From assembly GCA_051599415.1 (NCBI GenBank), contig AP039705.1, positions 1 through 64,000 of the forward strand: a stretch of DNA of 64,000 nt. Direction: 5' to 3'. The stretch comes from Savitreella phatthalungensis (taxonomy: Eukaryota). The notes under the pieces were generated by a model. The model did not search any database. It had not been told where the DNA came from and was given only the letters and a program-made list of their open reading frames with translations. The position numbers and the translations under genes were made by a program. Positions 11,104 to 22,343 of this stretch are shown here, piece by piece (within the stretch, counting starts at the first letter, position 1; every line of letters starts with the position of its first letter).

Positions 11104-11899
11104 ATTGGTTGTATCCGTTTAAAATTGAGATTGCGTAGACTAGCACATCAATACTTCAACAAACTCAGCAGAATGTGGCAACAACGGCTCCGGTCGTGAA
11201 TACGGCTTATGAATACGGAGACGAGCGCTACAGTCACTTCCGATCGACGGCACACTTAATGACAGCTACATCCGACAATCTATGAAAGAGTCAGTTCGCG
11301 ATGTTTCGAGATACGGCTTGACAGACACTTGTCACCTGCGCAAGACCATTTTGCTCGTCGAGCTGACTGGCACTGTACATTTGCGAGTGACAATTTCGCT
11401 CTGCGAGCTAACTATCGCTGTACATGTGGAGCACGAGCTCCGACAACTAAGTGGACCCGGAAATTGAGCACCACCGAATATTCCGAAGATTTTGTATTTC
11501 AACGTCTTGATACTTCCTAGGAGGCGCGGAGAGCGCTTGTTCCGACGATAGGCCAAGTTCAACTTCGGCCAACCTAGAACAGCTGGCCTGGCCCAGGTCG
11601 GGAGACCACGTGTCTTTTTGCATTCTAACACCTGCGTCTGCAGAGTCTCTCTGTGCATGGCAAATGGTCCACCTGAAGTTTTGCCGGCAGCAGGTAAGTC
11701 GACAATTTGTCAGAATTCTGCCTTCTTGACCAATCATGTGAATGTGACTGGAAGAAGTGATCGCAACACAGCACGATGACCGGAACTTAGTCGACGCGTT
11801 CAAGGTTTTGCCATGCCGGCCACAAACACATACACACGTTGAGATTACGTCCATACACAAGTGTCCTTTAGCTCTTAACGCAACAACCGGAACATCCTT

Positions 11900-12850
11900 C
11901 TGTGACACCTTCATCTCCTCTATTGTGCTAGCATCGGTCATCCTCATCGATATCCTCACCGGGGATCAAGCTCTTCGACTTTTCCCTATCAAAATTAGTT
12001 GCGGCAAGATCATCTTCGTCAATTTCGTCGTCGACAGTATCGTTATCTATGTCCTGATCGAGATCACGAGCGTCTAGATAATGGTCGTCGATATCCGTTC
12101 TGACGTTGACGTGTGAAGGTGTCCGCCATCGCGCATTTTGTTGATGCGACGCTCGTCGAGATCGTCGTCAAGATCATGCCCGGCCAGATCCTTTCGTTCA
12201 GGGATCAGCCTGGTTGACCTTCTCCGTCAAGGCGAGACCCTTATTCAACGCGACAGCCATGAAGTTCCTCGCATTGGCTCTCTTGAGCCATGACACTCCG
12301 TGAGCACCGGCTCGATTTTCATCCTCGTCAACATGGCCGTTGAGGTCATGCTCGATGGAGTTCTCTTGTCTAAGGTTTCTTGTCGACAATCTCATCGTCA
12401 TCATCGCCGACCTCCTGCTCGTTGACAACGTTCCGTCAATATTCTCCTGAAGGGGTCCTGCTGTCGACTGCGCTTCATCGACAAACCCGTCAAGAACATG
12501 CTCACCGGATTCTCTGTTGACTTTTGCCTGTCAAGACAGCCCCGACGAGCCGCTGCTATCGGGATTCACCCGTCGGAGAGCTTCCCTGTATGGTCAGGAT
12601 TTGCGGTGAGATCATCTCCGACAACGTGCTGGTGATGATCTCTCCATCGAGCTCCCTCTTCAGAGCCTTCCATCGACGTTCCCGCCAAGGCAATCCTCAT
12701 CGAGATGTCTCTGGCAACATCATGCTTCTTGACATCATCCTCGTTGAAGTTGCCGTGGAGATTGGTGTCGTCGAAGACATTCCCACCGACATCCTTGATG
12801 ATGTTTTTGTCCGATACATGCTCGTCCCAGATCGTTCCACCCAAAGCCTT
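11900..12850 (-). pseudogene. Frameshifted relic of an acidic low-complexity (D/E/N-rich) protein
   Basis: GAT/GAG/GAC-rich stretches (NVFDDTNLHGNFNEDD, HLDED, VGDDDDEIVDK, GHVDEDE) switch between frames; branch/acceptor TACTGAC..AAAAG at ~12859-12848. Confidence 0.3.
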
Positions 12851-13146
12851 TTGTCAGTATCATTCACACAGGAATGTCATTCCCTTAGAGATGCTCCTGT
12901 CAACCGTTGTAAGACCCTCTCACGCTGCGACGCGCTTGCTTGGAGATCATCCATCCGAAAACGTGATGCACGCGCTCGATGAGGGCATCTTGCGCGGCGG
13001 TGCGTGGTGGAGGAGAGAGCTTCAAGATCGCCCGACGACGCCTTATGGATTCGTCGAGAAGCTCCCAATGCGACCGTTGGAACCGTCCTACAAGGCAATG
13101 ATCGAGGTGAGGACAACAATGATCTATATCATATGGATATGGCTAA

Positions 13147-16100
13147 CTATGGTGTGAAATGAATCGAAGATTTGAAGTTCATGAGGGTTCGACATAAGAC
13201 GCGAAGCTGCGAATAGTCGGCGACGCGGATTTGCACGCCGCTGAGTCTCTTGTGCATTTCCAGTTGCGGTACGACTCCATCAGTACAGAGGCGTGTCCGA
13301 ATCTCTGAGAGTCCAGTCTTGGTAGTTGCTTCAATGAGATTGTTGAGCCGGACAATCTCGTCCTGTTGGACAGCTCCGGCCTCGATCCACTGGCGTTCAA
13401 TAGCTGGGTGTGGGGCCAGGATTACATAGTGGAGGCGCTTTGCACCCCTGCAGAGAAATTGGCTTCGGAGCACCATGTCGCTAGTCCTGAAACGGTGACA
13501 GATGCGTGCCCGGTCGTCCTCGTTGACGGCCAGCACTCCCTGCAGCGGGCGTACCTCCAGCGGAAGTTGTGCATCGGCCAGATTTGGTGGGAAGGGCTTG
13601 CCGAGTAGGTCCTCGATCGTCCGTGGACTGGCGACGCGCGGAATCATGTCGAGGCAGTGGAGTTCTGAGCATCGTCCTGCCTCTTCAACGATTACACGTG
13701 CTAGATTGACGACGTCCGGGACTTCTGTGACGGGCGCCGCATTGGCATCTTCAGCGAGTTGGGGCCTTGCGTTGCGATTGACAGACAACATAGCGTCGTC
13801 AAGCCTTGGGCCTTGCGAATCCTCGAGGCCATGGACGTCATTGCCCGGCGCCTGGTTTCGATTTGCGACACCATCGACATGGAGAGCTCCGATGGCTTCG
13901 AACCTTGGACTGTGAGTGGCAGATATGGTTGCGCCGTCGACCATTGGTGATTGGCCAGCGTTGAGCGTCTGTGGTTGGACAGCGTCATTGGGTTGCTCTG
14001 GACGATTCTGCAGCTGCATCGCGTCGCTCACTTCCTGCTGCAGCTCGTCGGAGTCCTGAAACAGCCTTGGGTTGCCGGGAGGCAGGTCGATCGCAAAGTC
14101 TGCTTGTAAGCCTGTGGAGGACGACATCGTCGCCGTCCGTGGCTCTGGAACACGGGGAATGACATTTGCCAACCTAGGCTCTTGATAGCGCGGAGATATA
14201 TTCGAAACGTGCGACCCTGGAATAAAGTCTCGTGACATAGAGTGACGCCCGGTCGGTGTCCACGGCAGCGGAAGATGAAGCTGTGGTTGCCCGTTCTGCG
14301 GCTGTTGTGGCAGCCGATTCTGATTATGGTCAAGCTGCTGGTTGGGCCGCGGACTATTGAAAGGGTTTGACCCCGCCCATTCACGAAAACAGCGAAGCTG
14401 AAGCTCCTTGTCGTCCCTCTGACGCGTGCGACGTAAGACAAGGGCTTGAAGCTCTTCCGCAAGCGTTTTGGCAGATGCTGCTTGTTGACGACACTGCTCG
14501 ACGTCCGCCTTTGCAGCGTCCGCTTCAAGTTGACGCTCCTCGGACAGCGCTGTCATCGCCACCAACTGCATTTTTGCCGTGTCCAGCTGAGTCCTCGTCG
14601 CCTCAAGCTCGTGGCTGCGTCTCCGGGCGTCTGCCTCTGCTTCTTGTTGACGCTCCTCGGACAGCGCTGCCATCGCCTCCAGCTGCGCTCTGGCGGCCTC
14701 CAGCTCGTGACTGCATCTCTGGGCGTCTGCGTTCGCTTCCAGTTGACGCTGCTCGGACAGCGCGGTCATCGCCACCAACTGCGCTTTCGCCGTGTCCAGC
14801 TGAGTCCTTGTCGCCTCAAGCTCGTGACTGCGTCTCCGGGCGTCTGCCTCCGCTTCTTGTTGACGCTCCTCGGACAGCGCTGCCATCGCCTCCAGCTGCG
14901 CTCTGGCGGCCTCCAGCTCGTGACTGCATCTCTGGGCGTCTGCGTTCGCTTCCAGTTGACGCTGCTCGGACAGCGCGGTCATCGCCACCAACTGCGCTTT
15001 CGCCGTGTCCAGCTGAGTCCTTGTCGCCTCAAGCTCGTGACTGCGTCTCCGGGCGTCTGCCTCCGCTTCTTGTTGACGCTCCTCGGACAGCGCTGCCATC
15101 GCCTCCAGCTGCGCTCTGGCGGCCTCCAGCTCGTGACTGCGTCTCTGTGCGTCTGCGTCCGCTTCAAGTCGACGCTGCTCGGACAGCGCTGTCATCGCCT
15201 CCAGCTGAGTCCTTGTCGCCTCAAGCTCGTGACTGCGTCTCTGTGCGTCTGCGTTCGCTTCCAGTTGACGCTCCTCGGACAGCGCTGTCATCGCCTCCAG
15301 CTGCGCTCTGGCGGCCTCCAGCTCGTGACTGCGTCTCTGTGCGTCTGCGTCCGCTTCAAGTCGACGCTGCTCGGACAGCGCGGTCATCGCCACCAACTGC
15401 GCTTTCGCCGTGTCCAGCTGAGTCCTTGTCGCCTCAAGCTCGTGACTGCGTCTCTGTGCGTCCGCGTCCGCTTCAAGTTGACGCTCCTCGGACAGCGCTG
15501 CCATCGCCTCCAGCTGCGCTCTGGCGGCCTCCAGCTCGTGACTGCATTTCTGGGCGTCTGCGTTCGCTTCTTGTTGACGCTCCTTCAACTGCGCTTTTGC
15601 CCTCTCCAGCTGAGTCCTCGTCGTCTCAAGCTCGTGACTGCGTCTCTGTGCGTCCGCGTCCGCTTCTCGTTGACGCATCTCGGACTGCGCTGTCGTCGCC
15701 TGCAACTCCGCTTTCGCCGTCTCCAGCTGCGCTCTGGTGGCCTCAAGCTGAGTCCTTGTCGCCTCAAGCTCGCGACTGCGTCTCTGTGCGTCCGCGTCCG
15801 CTTCTCGTTGACGCATCTCGGACTGCGCTGTCGTCGCCTGCAACTCCGCTTTCGCCGTCTCCAGCTGCGCTCTGATGGCCTCAAGCTCAGTCCTGGTCGC
15901 CTCAAGCTCGTGACTGCGTCTCTGTGCGTCCGCGTCCGCTTCAAGTCGACGCTCCTCGGACTGCGCTGTCGTCGCCTGCAACTCCGCTTTCGCCGTCTCC
16001 AGCTGCGCTCTGATGGCCTCAAGCTCAGTCCTGGTCGCCTCAAGCTCGTGACTGCGTCTCTGTGCGTCCGCGTCCGCTTCAAGTCGACGCTCCTCGGACT

Positions 16101-17946
16101 GCGCTGTCGTCGCCTGCAACTCCGCTTTTGCCGTATCCAGCTGAGTCCGCATCGCCTCTAGCTGGGCTTTCGTGATCTCAACCCCAGTCCTCGTGGTCTC
16201 AAGCTGAGTCCTCGTGGCCTCCAGCTCGTGGCTACGTCTCTGCGCGTCTGCATCCGCTTCGCGTTGACGCTCCTCGGACAGAGCTGTCGTTGTCTCTAGC
16301 TGGGCTTTCGTGGTCTCAAGCTGAGTCCTCGTCGCCTCAAGCTGAGCCTTCGTTGTCTCCAGTTGAGTCCTCGTCGCCTCAAGCTGGGCTGTCTCGTCCC
16401 CGAGCTGTGCTGTCTTGTCCTCCAGCTCACGGCGAGACCTTTCTGCATCCGCTTTTGCCCGGAGTGAACATTCCTTGGCAAGCGTTGTCACACACTCCAG
16501 CTCGCGGCGGGACCTCTCCGCGTCTGCGTCTGCTCGGAGTCGATGCTCTTCGGCGAGCGCCGTCATAAAGTCCAGCTCGCGGCGAGACCTCTCCAGATTT
16601 GCTTCTGCTTGACGACAATATGTGTAAGCGGCTGAGTGCGCTGCGGTGGCTTCACAGCGACTTGTCTCTGCAATCGCTGCCGAACTCTTTGCTTCTCGTT
16701 GGTGCTGCTCGGCGGCCGTATTTGCCTTGGCGACCTGCAGGCGAAGGTCTTGGGCAAGTTTCTCTAAGGTCTCCATTGCACGGCCACGGCTTTCGGCAAG
16801 CGCTGTGGCAGCGACTGTATCAGCGCGTCGTAGTTCTGCGACAAGCTTGAGGTCGTTGAGCTGCTCTGACAGCTGTTGCGTCTTAGCGCACAGCTCCGCC
16901 ATCTGAGCGCTGCGAGCAAGCGCGACCTTCGATGCAGCTGAAGCATCGGCCAAGTAACCTGCTGCAGATGCAGTTACAACATTCAGCTCAATCTGGCGCG
17001 AAGTTGCCAGTGCACTGGCAGCGTTGCGCTCATCGCTACGTGTCTGCAAGAGACGCTGCAGCTCAGCTACTTGATGCGCTGATGACGCTAGATCGGTCAT
17101 GGTGGTGTCAAGCTGGGTTTGGCGGTCGACAGCAAGCTTGGTTGCAGCATCGCGATCGGCGGTGCACCGCTGAAGCTGGTTCTCCAGGTCGGTCACAGTG
17201 GTGTCGAGCCTGGTGGTACGAGCCCTGATGACTTCGCCGTCAGCCTGTGAGCGCTCAAGCTGGGTAAGCAGTGATCCCTGAGCCGCTCTGTGCTCGTTGT
17301 CAGCCTGCTTCATATCAGCCCGAAGTTGATTGCACTCTGCTTTGGCGCGTGCAAGGCGTTGTGCAGTCTCCTTTAGGCTCATCGACAAGTGACTGACCTT
17401 TCCTTCTAAGGATTTGTTCTCAGCCATTGCATCGGTGAAGTCCTTCAACACTGCTTGCAGATCAGTTGTACCTCTGGCGTCGCAGCTGTCCGCGGTGACG
17501 GTGTCCTCATGGCTATTGGGTCGCCTGCGCTTACAATTGTGTGAGCACCCGCCGTCGCCAAGCTTCTCGACTTTTGACTCTATTGCATGGCATCTTCCAC
17601 CAATGAACCGCAGCACCAGCGTGATGAGGTCTATCTCGTGGGTAGAAATGTCATTCCAAGCCTTGCGCATGATGCTTGCCAGCGCATGCTCTACCTGTGC
17701 TGCGTCAGCACTCGGCTCAAGCGGTTCTACTGAGTCCTCGGGAGACTCGGCCGGCTGTGCTGAGGTCGCACATGCCGCTGATGCCGAGATGGGTGTCTGC
17801 CTGAGCATGTCTTGATCCTGTCCGTCACGCTCGTGCCCTCGACGCTCGTTAGCCTCGCGCAGCAGGCTTGTATTGCGTGCCACAAGCCTGCCAGTATTGT
17901 GCACTGGCTCGATTCGCCTCCGCATGACGACATGTCTACCCAACAT
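13147..17946 (-). CDS. Orphan 1599-aa long coiled-coil tandem-repeat protein
   Basis: Uninterrupted 4.8-kb ORF; heptad-rich repeats such as QRRSHELEATRTQL..TALSEERQLEADADA; disordered linker and globular-looking C-terminal ~190 aa. Confidence 0.8.
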   Translation of the reverse strand: MLGRHVVMRRRIEPVHNTGRLVARNTSLLREANERRGHERDGQDQDMLRQTPISASAACATSAQPAESPEDSVEPLEPSADAAQVEHALASIMRKAWNDISTHEIDLITLVLRFIGGRCHAIESKVEKLGDGGCSHNCKRRRPNSHEDTVTADSCDARGTTDLQAVLKDFTDAMAENKSLEGKVSHLSMSLKETAQRLARAKAECNQLRADMKQADNEHRAAQGSLLTQLERSQADGEVIRARTTRLDTTVTDLENQLQRCTADRDAATKLAVDRQTQLDTTMTDLASSAHQVAELQRLLQTRSDERNAASALATSRQIELNVVTASAAGYLADASAASKVALARSAQMAELCAKTQQLSEQLNDLKLVAELRRADTVAATALAESRGRAMETLEKLAQDLRLQVAKANTAAEQHQREAKSSAAIAETSRCEATAAHSAAYTYCRQAEANLERSRRELDFMTALAEEHRLRADADAERSRRELECVTTLAKECSLRAKADAERSRRELEDKTAQLGDETAQLEATRTQLETTKAQLEATRTQLETTKAQLETTTALSEERQREADADAQRRSHELEATRTQLETTRTGVEITKAQLEAMRTQLDTAKAELQATTAQSEERRLEADADAQRRSHELEATRTELEAIRAQLETAKAELQATTAQSEERRLEADADAQRRSHELEATRTELEAIRAQLETAKAELQATTAQSEMRQREADADAQRRSRELEATRTQLEATRAQLETAKAELQATTAQSEMRQREADADAQRRSHELETTRTQLERAKAQLKERQQEANADAQKCSHELEAARAQLEAMAALSEERQLEADADAQRRSHELEATRTQLDTAKAQLVAMTALSEQRRLEADADAQRRSHELEAARAQLEAMTALSEERQLEANADAQRRSHELEATRTQLEAMTALSEQRRLEADADAQRRSHELEAARAQLEAMAALSEERQQEAEADARRRSHELEATRTQLDTAKAQLVAMTALSEQRQLEANADAQRCSHELEAARAQLEAMAALSEERQQEAEADARRRSHELEATRTQLDTAKAQLVAMTALSEQRQLEANADAQRCSHELEAARAQLEAMAALSEERQQEAEADARRRSHELEATRTQLDTAKMQLVAMTALSEERQLEADAAKADVEQCRQQAASAKTLAEELQALVLRRTRQRDDKELQLRCFREWAGSNPFNSPRPNQQLDHNQNRLPQQPQNGQPQLHLPLPWTPTGRHSMSRDFIPGSHVSNISPRYQEPRLANVIPRVPEPRTATMSSSTGLQADFAIDLPPGNPRLFQDSDELQQEVSDAMQLQNRPEQPNDAVQPQTLNAGQSPMVDGATISATHSPRFEAIGALHVDGVANRNQAPGNDVHGLEDSQGPRLDDAMLSVNRNARPQLAEDANAAPVTEVPDVVNLARVIVEEAGRCSELHCLDMIPRVASPRTIEDLLGKPFPPNLADAQLPLEVRPLQGVLAVNEDDRARICHRFRTSDMVLRSQFLCRGAKRLHYVILAPHPAIERQWIEAGAVQQDEIVRLNNLIEATTKTGLSEIRTRLCTDGVVPQLEMHKRLSGVQIRVADYSQLRVLCRTLMNFKSSIHFTP
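14510..16600 (-). repeat. Coding tandem repeat array with units of 75+21n bp, including a 213-bp higher-order repeat
   Basis: Near-identical DNA units encoding 25, 32, 39, 46 and 53 aa repeats. Confidence 0.9.
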
Positions 17947-18041
17947 GCTTTCCGATAAAAAAAAATCGCTGATTTGTACTTAGCCAACAGGAAAATTGGT
18001 ACGTGCGTCACGACTGGTGCTTGCAGCAGAGCCCTGTGAGC

Positions 18042-19379
18042 ATGTCTGAAGTCCCTCCTCCGGTGAACTTGCTGCACGAATCGAACCCTGACCATTGGTG
18101 TGGGTCAAATGAGAAGTTGAACCTGCTAGTCGGAAGTCCTTTGCGTGTGGAAACGCTAGTGGTGCTTGGTGAGCGCCCTCCAACAGGAACTGCCGAGTGG
18201 GAGGAGCATCTGCGCTTGTGGAATCAAGTGTGCGAGGCTGGCAAGCTTGACCTTTTTCACCGCCAATACCATGAAGCATTCTCAGTCATGAAACCCTTTG
18301 GTTCAATCACAATGCTGAAGGCGATACTCAACGCACATTTTGTTGCCGAGGGGCTGATGGCCCCGGCAGAGGCTGCAGAGCTGCTGAGGGACAACAAGGC
18401 CCTTGCTCAAGATGCTGTCGCGCCAAAGGAAGCCCTTGATCGATGGCAGAAGGCGCAGGAACAAGCACTGCGGACGGAACAGCAGGCCAAGTACAGCTCT
18501 ACTGATGAGGACAAAGTAGGCGCCGTCTACTTCTCCTGCTCGTTTGTGGACAAAGACGATCCTTGTGACCTTGGTAGCACAGTTGACTGCTCGCGATCGC
18601 GATGCTATTCGTCGCAGCTACGCACATATGCAGGGGCCACGTGGTCACTGCGCAGGTCTGATCGCTACCCTATCAGATTTCTTGCGCACTCGTATCTCGG
18701 CGGACCAGAGAACGATAGCCTGTGGCAGCATATACTGAAGAAAAGGTTGGAGCTTGTTGGGCATGAGAAACACAGACACGTCGTCTTTGTTGCCCTTTGT
18801 GCGAGACATAAGAGTTCCGCGCACACGCTTCCTCCGCCTCCGCCTGCAAAACTCGAGTTTGTAGACGCCGCCGAGACCCTTGTCTGCGCAGCGTCCAAAT
18901 CTCTCTGCTTCTGGGGCGGCGGAGGCAACTATAACCGATGCCAGTTGGATCTTGAACGATATGGCTTGCCGCGAGATACTGAGGAAAGTTTTCCGCTACA
19001 CATGCCACGCCGCGGGTGGACTTCGCCGTCGCAAAGCATCACCTCCCGTTTGGCACTGCAGATTGTGTACAGCGCAGAGAAGGCGTATGAGGACGGCGTA
19101 GCAAAAGCGCCGACTCTTCTTGCTAGTGAGTGGGAGAGAGACTATCATCGACAAGCCGTTCTTGCGACCCAGATTCTGTACCATGCAGAAGTGACTCTGA
19201 ACGGAATGCAATCGCAGACAATTAAGCAGCTCCTCGAGTACAGGCAAGAGCTAGCACAAGCCACCGCTACAAAGTCCTGGGAGATCCACCGAGCAAGACA
19301 GGCAAGACCGGCTGTGCAACGGGCGCTTGATTGCGAACAGTGGCTCAAGGAAGAAGTCTTCGGAAAATTGAAATGCTAA
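18042..19379 (+). CDS. Hypothetical protein with a divergent GIY-YIG nuclease-like motif set
   Basis: 445-aa ORF from ATG 18042; ordered motifs GAVY (18519), YAGAT (18627), R..AH (18675-18689), E in AAETL (18873), GGNYN (18921-18935). Confidence 0.6.
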   Translation: MSEVPPPVNLLHESNPDHWCGSNEKLNLLVGSPLRVETLVVLGERPPTGTAEWEEHLRLWNQVCEAGKLDLFHRQYHEAFSVMKPFGSITMLKAILNAHFVAEGLMAPAEAAELLRDNKALAQDAVAPKEALDRWQKAQEQALRTEQQAKYSSTDEDKVGAVYFSCSFVDKDDPCDLGSTVDCSRSRCYSSQLRTYAGATWSLRRSDRYPIRFLAHSYLGGPENDSLWQHILKKRLELVGHEKHRHVVFVALCARHKSSAHTLPPPPPAKLEFVDAAETLVCAASKSLCFWGGGGNYNRCQLDLERYGLPRDTEESFPLHMPRRGWTSPSQSITSRLALQIVYSAEKAYEDGVAKAPTLLASEWERDYHRQAVLATQILYHAEVTLNGMQSQTIKQLLEYRQELAQATATKSWEIHRARQARPAVQRALDCEQWLKEEVFGKLKC

Positions 19380-19931
19380 GCTTACATGGTCGACCCTTCT
19401 GACCGACTATCCGTTCATAGGCCTTCATGCTGGCCTTAGATTTGATATATGCTTATCGATAATCCCCGAAGTGAGTCAGAGTGAGTCGTGAAGGAAAGGA
19501 CACAGCACAGTGCAAGCAATGCATTGCAGTCAATTGATGTTGCACAACAGGCGCCAGTGCTAATTGCAGTCAAAGGAATGAGAATGCAGGCAACAGTGCA
19601 GGCATCAAGTGTAAGACGGGAAACAGGAGATGACAGGTGGAAAGCAATTGGGAAATCAACAATTTGACAGATGCTAAGTAGGGGTGAATCTCGCCGTCGA
19701 CCTCACTTTGAGCATGTGTGTATGTTCTTCGGCATCGTGTAGAAATAACCAGCATGTGCGATTGCTGATGACCTATGATACACGCGCCACGAGCTTGTAT
19801 TTGGGTTGCTATGCCACGAGACGTGCCAACACATAATCTTGTGCTAGTCCCGCGATCGTTAGCAGGCTGCAATTAGACAGTTTAAATGATGAGGGTTTGC
19901 GTCGACCGCTCACAGTAGCCTGTACATCAGA

Positions 19932-22316
19932 ATGTCGGTACGAGGCTTCGTCTCGGTCGCACTGCTCTTTGGAGCTTCGAAGGCTGCCCTTCGCCTGGTC
20001 GAGTCGAGCCCTGCGAAGAATTTCAACGAGATGTACCTCCTGGGCACCGGTCGACTCGGCATCGCAGTCGGCGGCGGCGGCGCTTCGGAGACAATCAACA
20101 TCAATGAGGATGGTGTGTGGTCTGGCAGTTTCAGAGATCGGGTGAACCCAAAGGCGAAAGGCGCCATGTCCGGCATCATCGAAGCCTCGATGGGCGGAGA
20201 CTTGAAAGGCGCAGATGCCGCCGTCAAGGCTTCCTATTTCGGTGTGCCGCCGTCGCCGAACGCCTACGACCGCGTTGGCCAGCTTACGTTGTCGTTCTCA
20301 GACGCCGACGGGAGCTTTGAGAGAGCGCTGGACATCTCGACAGCCGTGGCCACCGTCGTCTGGGGCTCCATCAAGCGCGAGTACCTTGTTAGCTTCCCGG
20401 ACAAAGTGGCTGCTATTCACGTCACAAGCGACAGGGCAACCTCGTTTTCCGTCAAGCTTGCACGAGACGCTAATGTCGGGAAGGAGGCCACCAAGGATTC
20501 GATCACGCTCACCGGCAACCAGGGAGGAAACAGCTGGGCGGCTGGCGTACGTGCCGTCACAAAGTCCGGCACTGTTTCAGCTGGTGCCGGTACGCTGACC
20601 ATATCCGGAACGACTGACGCCGTCATCCTCCTCTCTGCTTACTCCTCCAACCACAAAAGCGATCCTGCGGCGGGTGTCGCTACGGACCTCGATGCCGCGT
20701 CACAAAAGTCGTGGGACGACCTGCTGGCAGCTCATACTGCCGACTACCAGAAGCTGTTCAACCGATGTACGTTGTCGCTCGGTAGCAGCAGCGGCGGTGT
20801 CGGCGGCAACGGCGGCGGTGTTGGCGGCAACGGCGGCGGTGTTGGCGTTGGCGGCGGTGTTGGCGTTGGCGGCGGTGTTGGAGTCGGCGGTGTCGGTGGC
20901 GGCGGCTCGAATGCCAGCACGTCCTCTCGCGTAAAAGCAGCGGCGACGAACTTTGATCCCGACCTGACTACAACACTCTTCCAGTTCGGACGCTACTTAC
21001 TGATCGCGTCCTCACGAGAGGGGAGCTTGCCAGCGAATCTCCAGGGCATCTGGAACGACGTGAGCTCACCCGTCTGGGGTTCCAAATTCACCATCAACAT
21101 CAACACCGAGATGAACTATTGGCTGGCTTACACGACGAACCTGCTGGACACGACCGGGCCGCTGTACGATCTGATCGAGAAAGTTTGGACGCGCGGCAAG
21201 TCGGTAGCGTCGAGCATGTACGGCCTCAACGGCTCAGTCGCCCACCACAACACTGATTTGTGGGGTGATGCTGCACCTGTCGACAGTCTGACGGGCTCGA
21301 CCGCCTGGCCTTCTGGCCTCGGCTGGCTATCGACTCACCTGTATGAGCATGCCTTGTTCGCCGGCGATAAGGACTTTCTGACGTCGAAGCTACCGATCCT
21401 CGAGGACGCTGCCCGATTCTACCTCGGTTTCATGAAGGACTTCAAAGGATTCATGGTCACGCCGGTGAGCATCTCGCCCGAGCACTACTTCTCTGCGGGC
21501 GCTGTCTCGCCGGGACCAACGTGCGATAATTCGATCGTCTGGTCGTTGTTCGGGATGGTGATGGACGGCGGGTCGAGCCTCGGATCGCAGATCGGACCGG
21601 TTAGAGACAAGATCCCTCCGCCGAGAGCTTCGACGTACGGTGGCTTAGCAGAATGGATGCCAGAATTGAACGTGGAAGAGACCGAGCTCGGGCATCGTCA
21701 CTTCAGTCACCTGTGGGGATTGTATCCCGGTGGACAGATCACGTCCGCCGACACGAAGGCATTCACGATGGCCAAGCTGGCTTACGAGCGACGCATGCAG
21801 CATGGTGGTGGATACACTGGCTGGTCTCGCGCTTGGGCGACAGCGCTGTGTGCCAGACTTTTCAAAGCAGATGACGTAGCAAGCAATGTTGCACACATGT
21901 TCGGAGACTCTCTCCAGCCGCAGTCACTGATCAACAATGGCCAGCCGGCTAAATTTCAGCTCGACGGCAACTATGGCATCACGGCTGCCATCGCTGAGGC
22001 ACTCTTGCAAAGTCACGAGCGAGTGAGCGCAGATGGGAAGACCGCTCAGCCGTGGACTGGGTCGCTCGCTGACTCGATTCCGGTGATTCGCGTTCTGCCT
22101 GCGCTCCCACCCGCATGGACGAAGGTCGGTGGTGGTAGCGCCCATGGGCTGCTGGCCAGAGGCGGCTTCACGGTCGATATCGACTGGTCGGCAGCAGGCA
22201 CCCCGACCGCCGTCAAGGTATCTGGGAAGGGATCCTTCCTCTACGTCGTGGGAAGCGCCAGCATCACGACGGGCAAGGTAGTCAGCGTGTCCGGAGAGTC
22301 GTGGTCTTCTTCGTAG
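19932..22316 (+). CDS. Secreted GH95 alpha-1,2-L-fucosidase-like glycoside hydrolase
   Basis: Signal-like N-terminus; [72 protein letters not shown]. Confidence 0.95.
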   Translation: MSVRGFVSVALLFGASKAALRLVESSPAKNFNEMYLLGTGRLGIAVGGGGASETININEDGVWSGSFRDRVNPKAKGAMSGIIEASMGGDLKGADAAVKASYFGVPPSPNAYDRVGQLTLSFSDADGSFERALDISTAVATVVWGSIKREYLVSFPDKVAAIHVTSDRATSFSVKLARDANVGKEATKDSITLTGNQGGNSWAAGVRAVTKSGTVSAGAGTLTISGTTDAVILLSAYSSNHKSDPAAGVATDLDAASQKSWDDLLAAHTADYQKLFNRCTLSLGSSSGGVGGNGGGVGGNGGGVGVGGGVGVGGGVGVGGVGGGGSNASTSSRVKAAATNFDPDLTTTLFQFGRYLLIASSREGSLPANLQGIWNDVSSPVWGSKFTININTEMNYWLAYTTNLLDTTGPLYDLIEKVWTRGKSVASSMYGLNGSVAHHNTDLWGDAAPVDSLTGSTAWPSGLGWLSTHLYEHALFAGDKDFLTSKLPILEDAARFYLGFMKDFKGFMVTPVSISPEHYFSAGAVSPGPTCDNSIVWSLFGMVMDGGSSLGSQIGPVRDKIPPPRASTYGGLAEWMPELNVEETELGHRHFSHLWGLYPGGQITSADTKAFTMAKLAYERRMQHGGGYTGWSRAWATALCARLFKADDVASNVAHMFGDSLQPQSLINNGQPAKFQLDGNYGITAAIAEALLQSHERVSADGKTAQPWTGSLADSIPVIRVLPALPPAWTKVGGGSAHGLLARGGFTVDIDWSAAGTPTAVKVSGKGSFLYVVGSASITTGKVVSVSGESWSSS

Positions 22317-22343
22317 AATGGGAAAGAGATTTGGTCATTCACA

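Noticed and set aside
14367..16161. Long plus-strand ORFs of 502 and 571 aa
   Set aside because: Antisense shadows of the repetitive coiled-coil gene.
19500..19880. Possible TE relic or right boundary of a large element carrying the orphan gene pair
   Set aside because: TG/CA-rich with one CGGGAAACAGGA motif, but I found no terminal repeat or TSD matching the left side.
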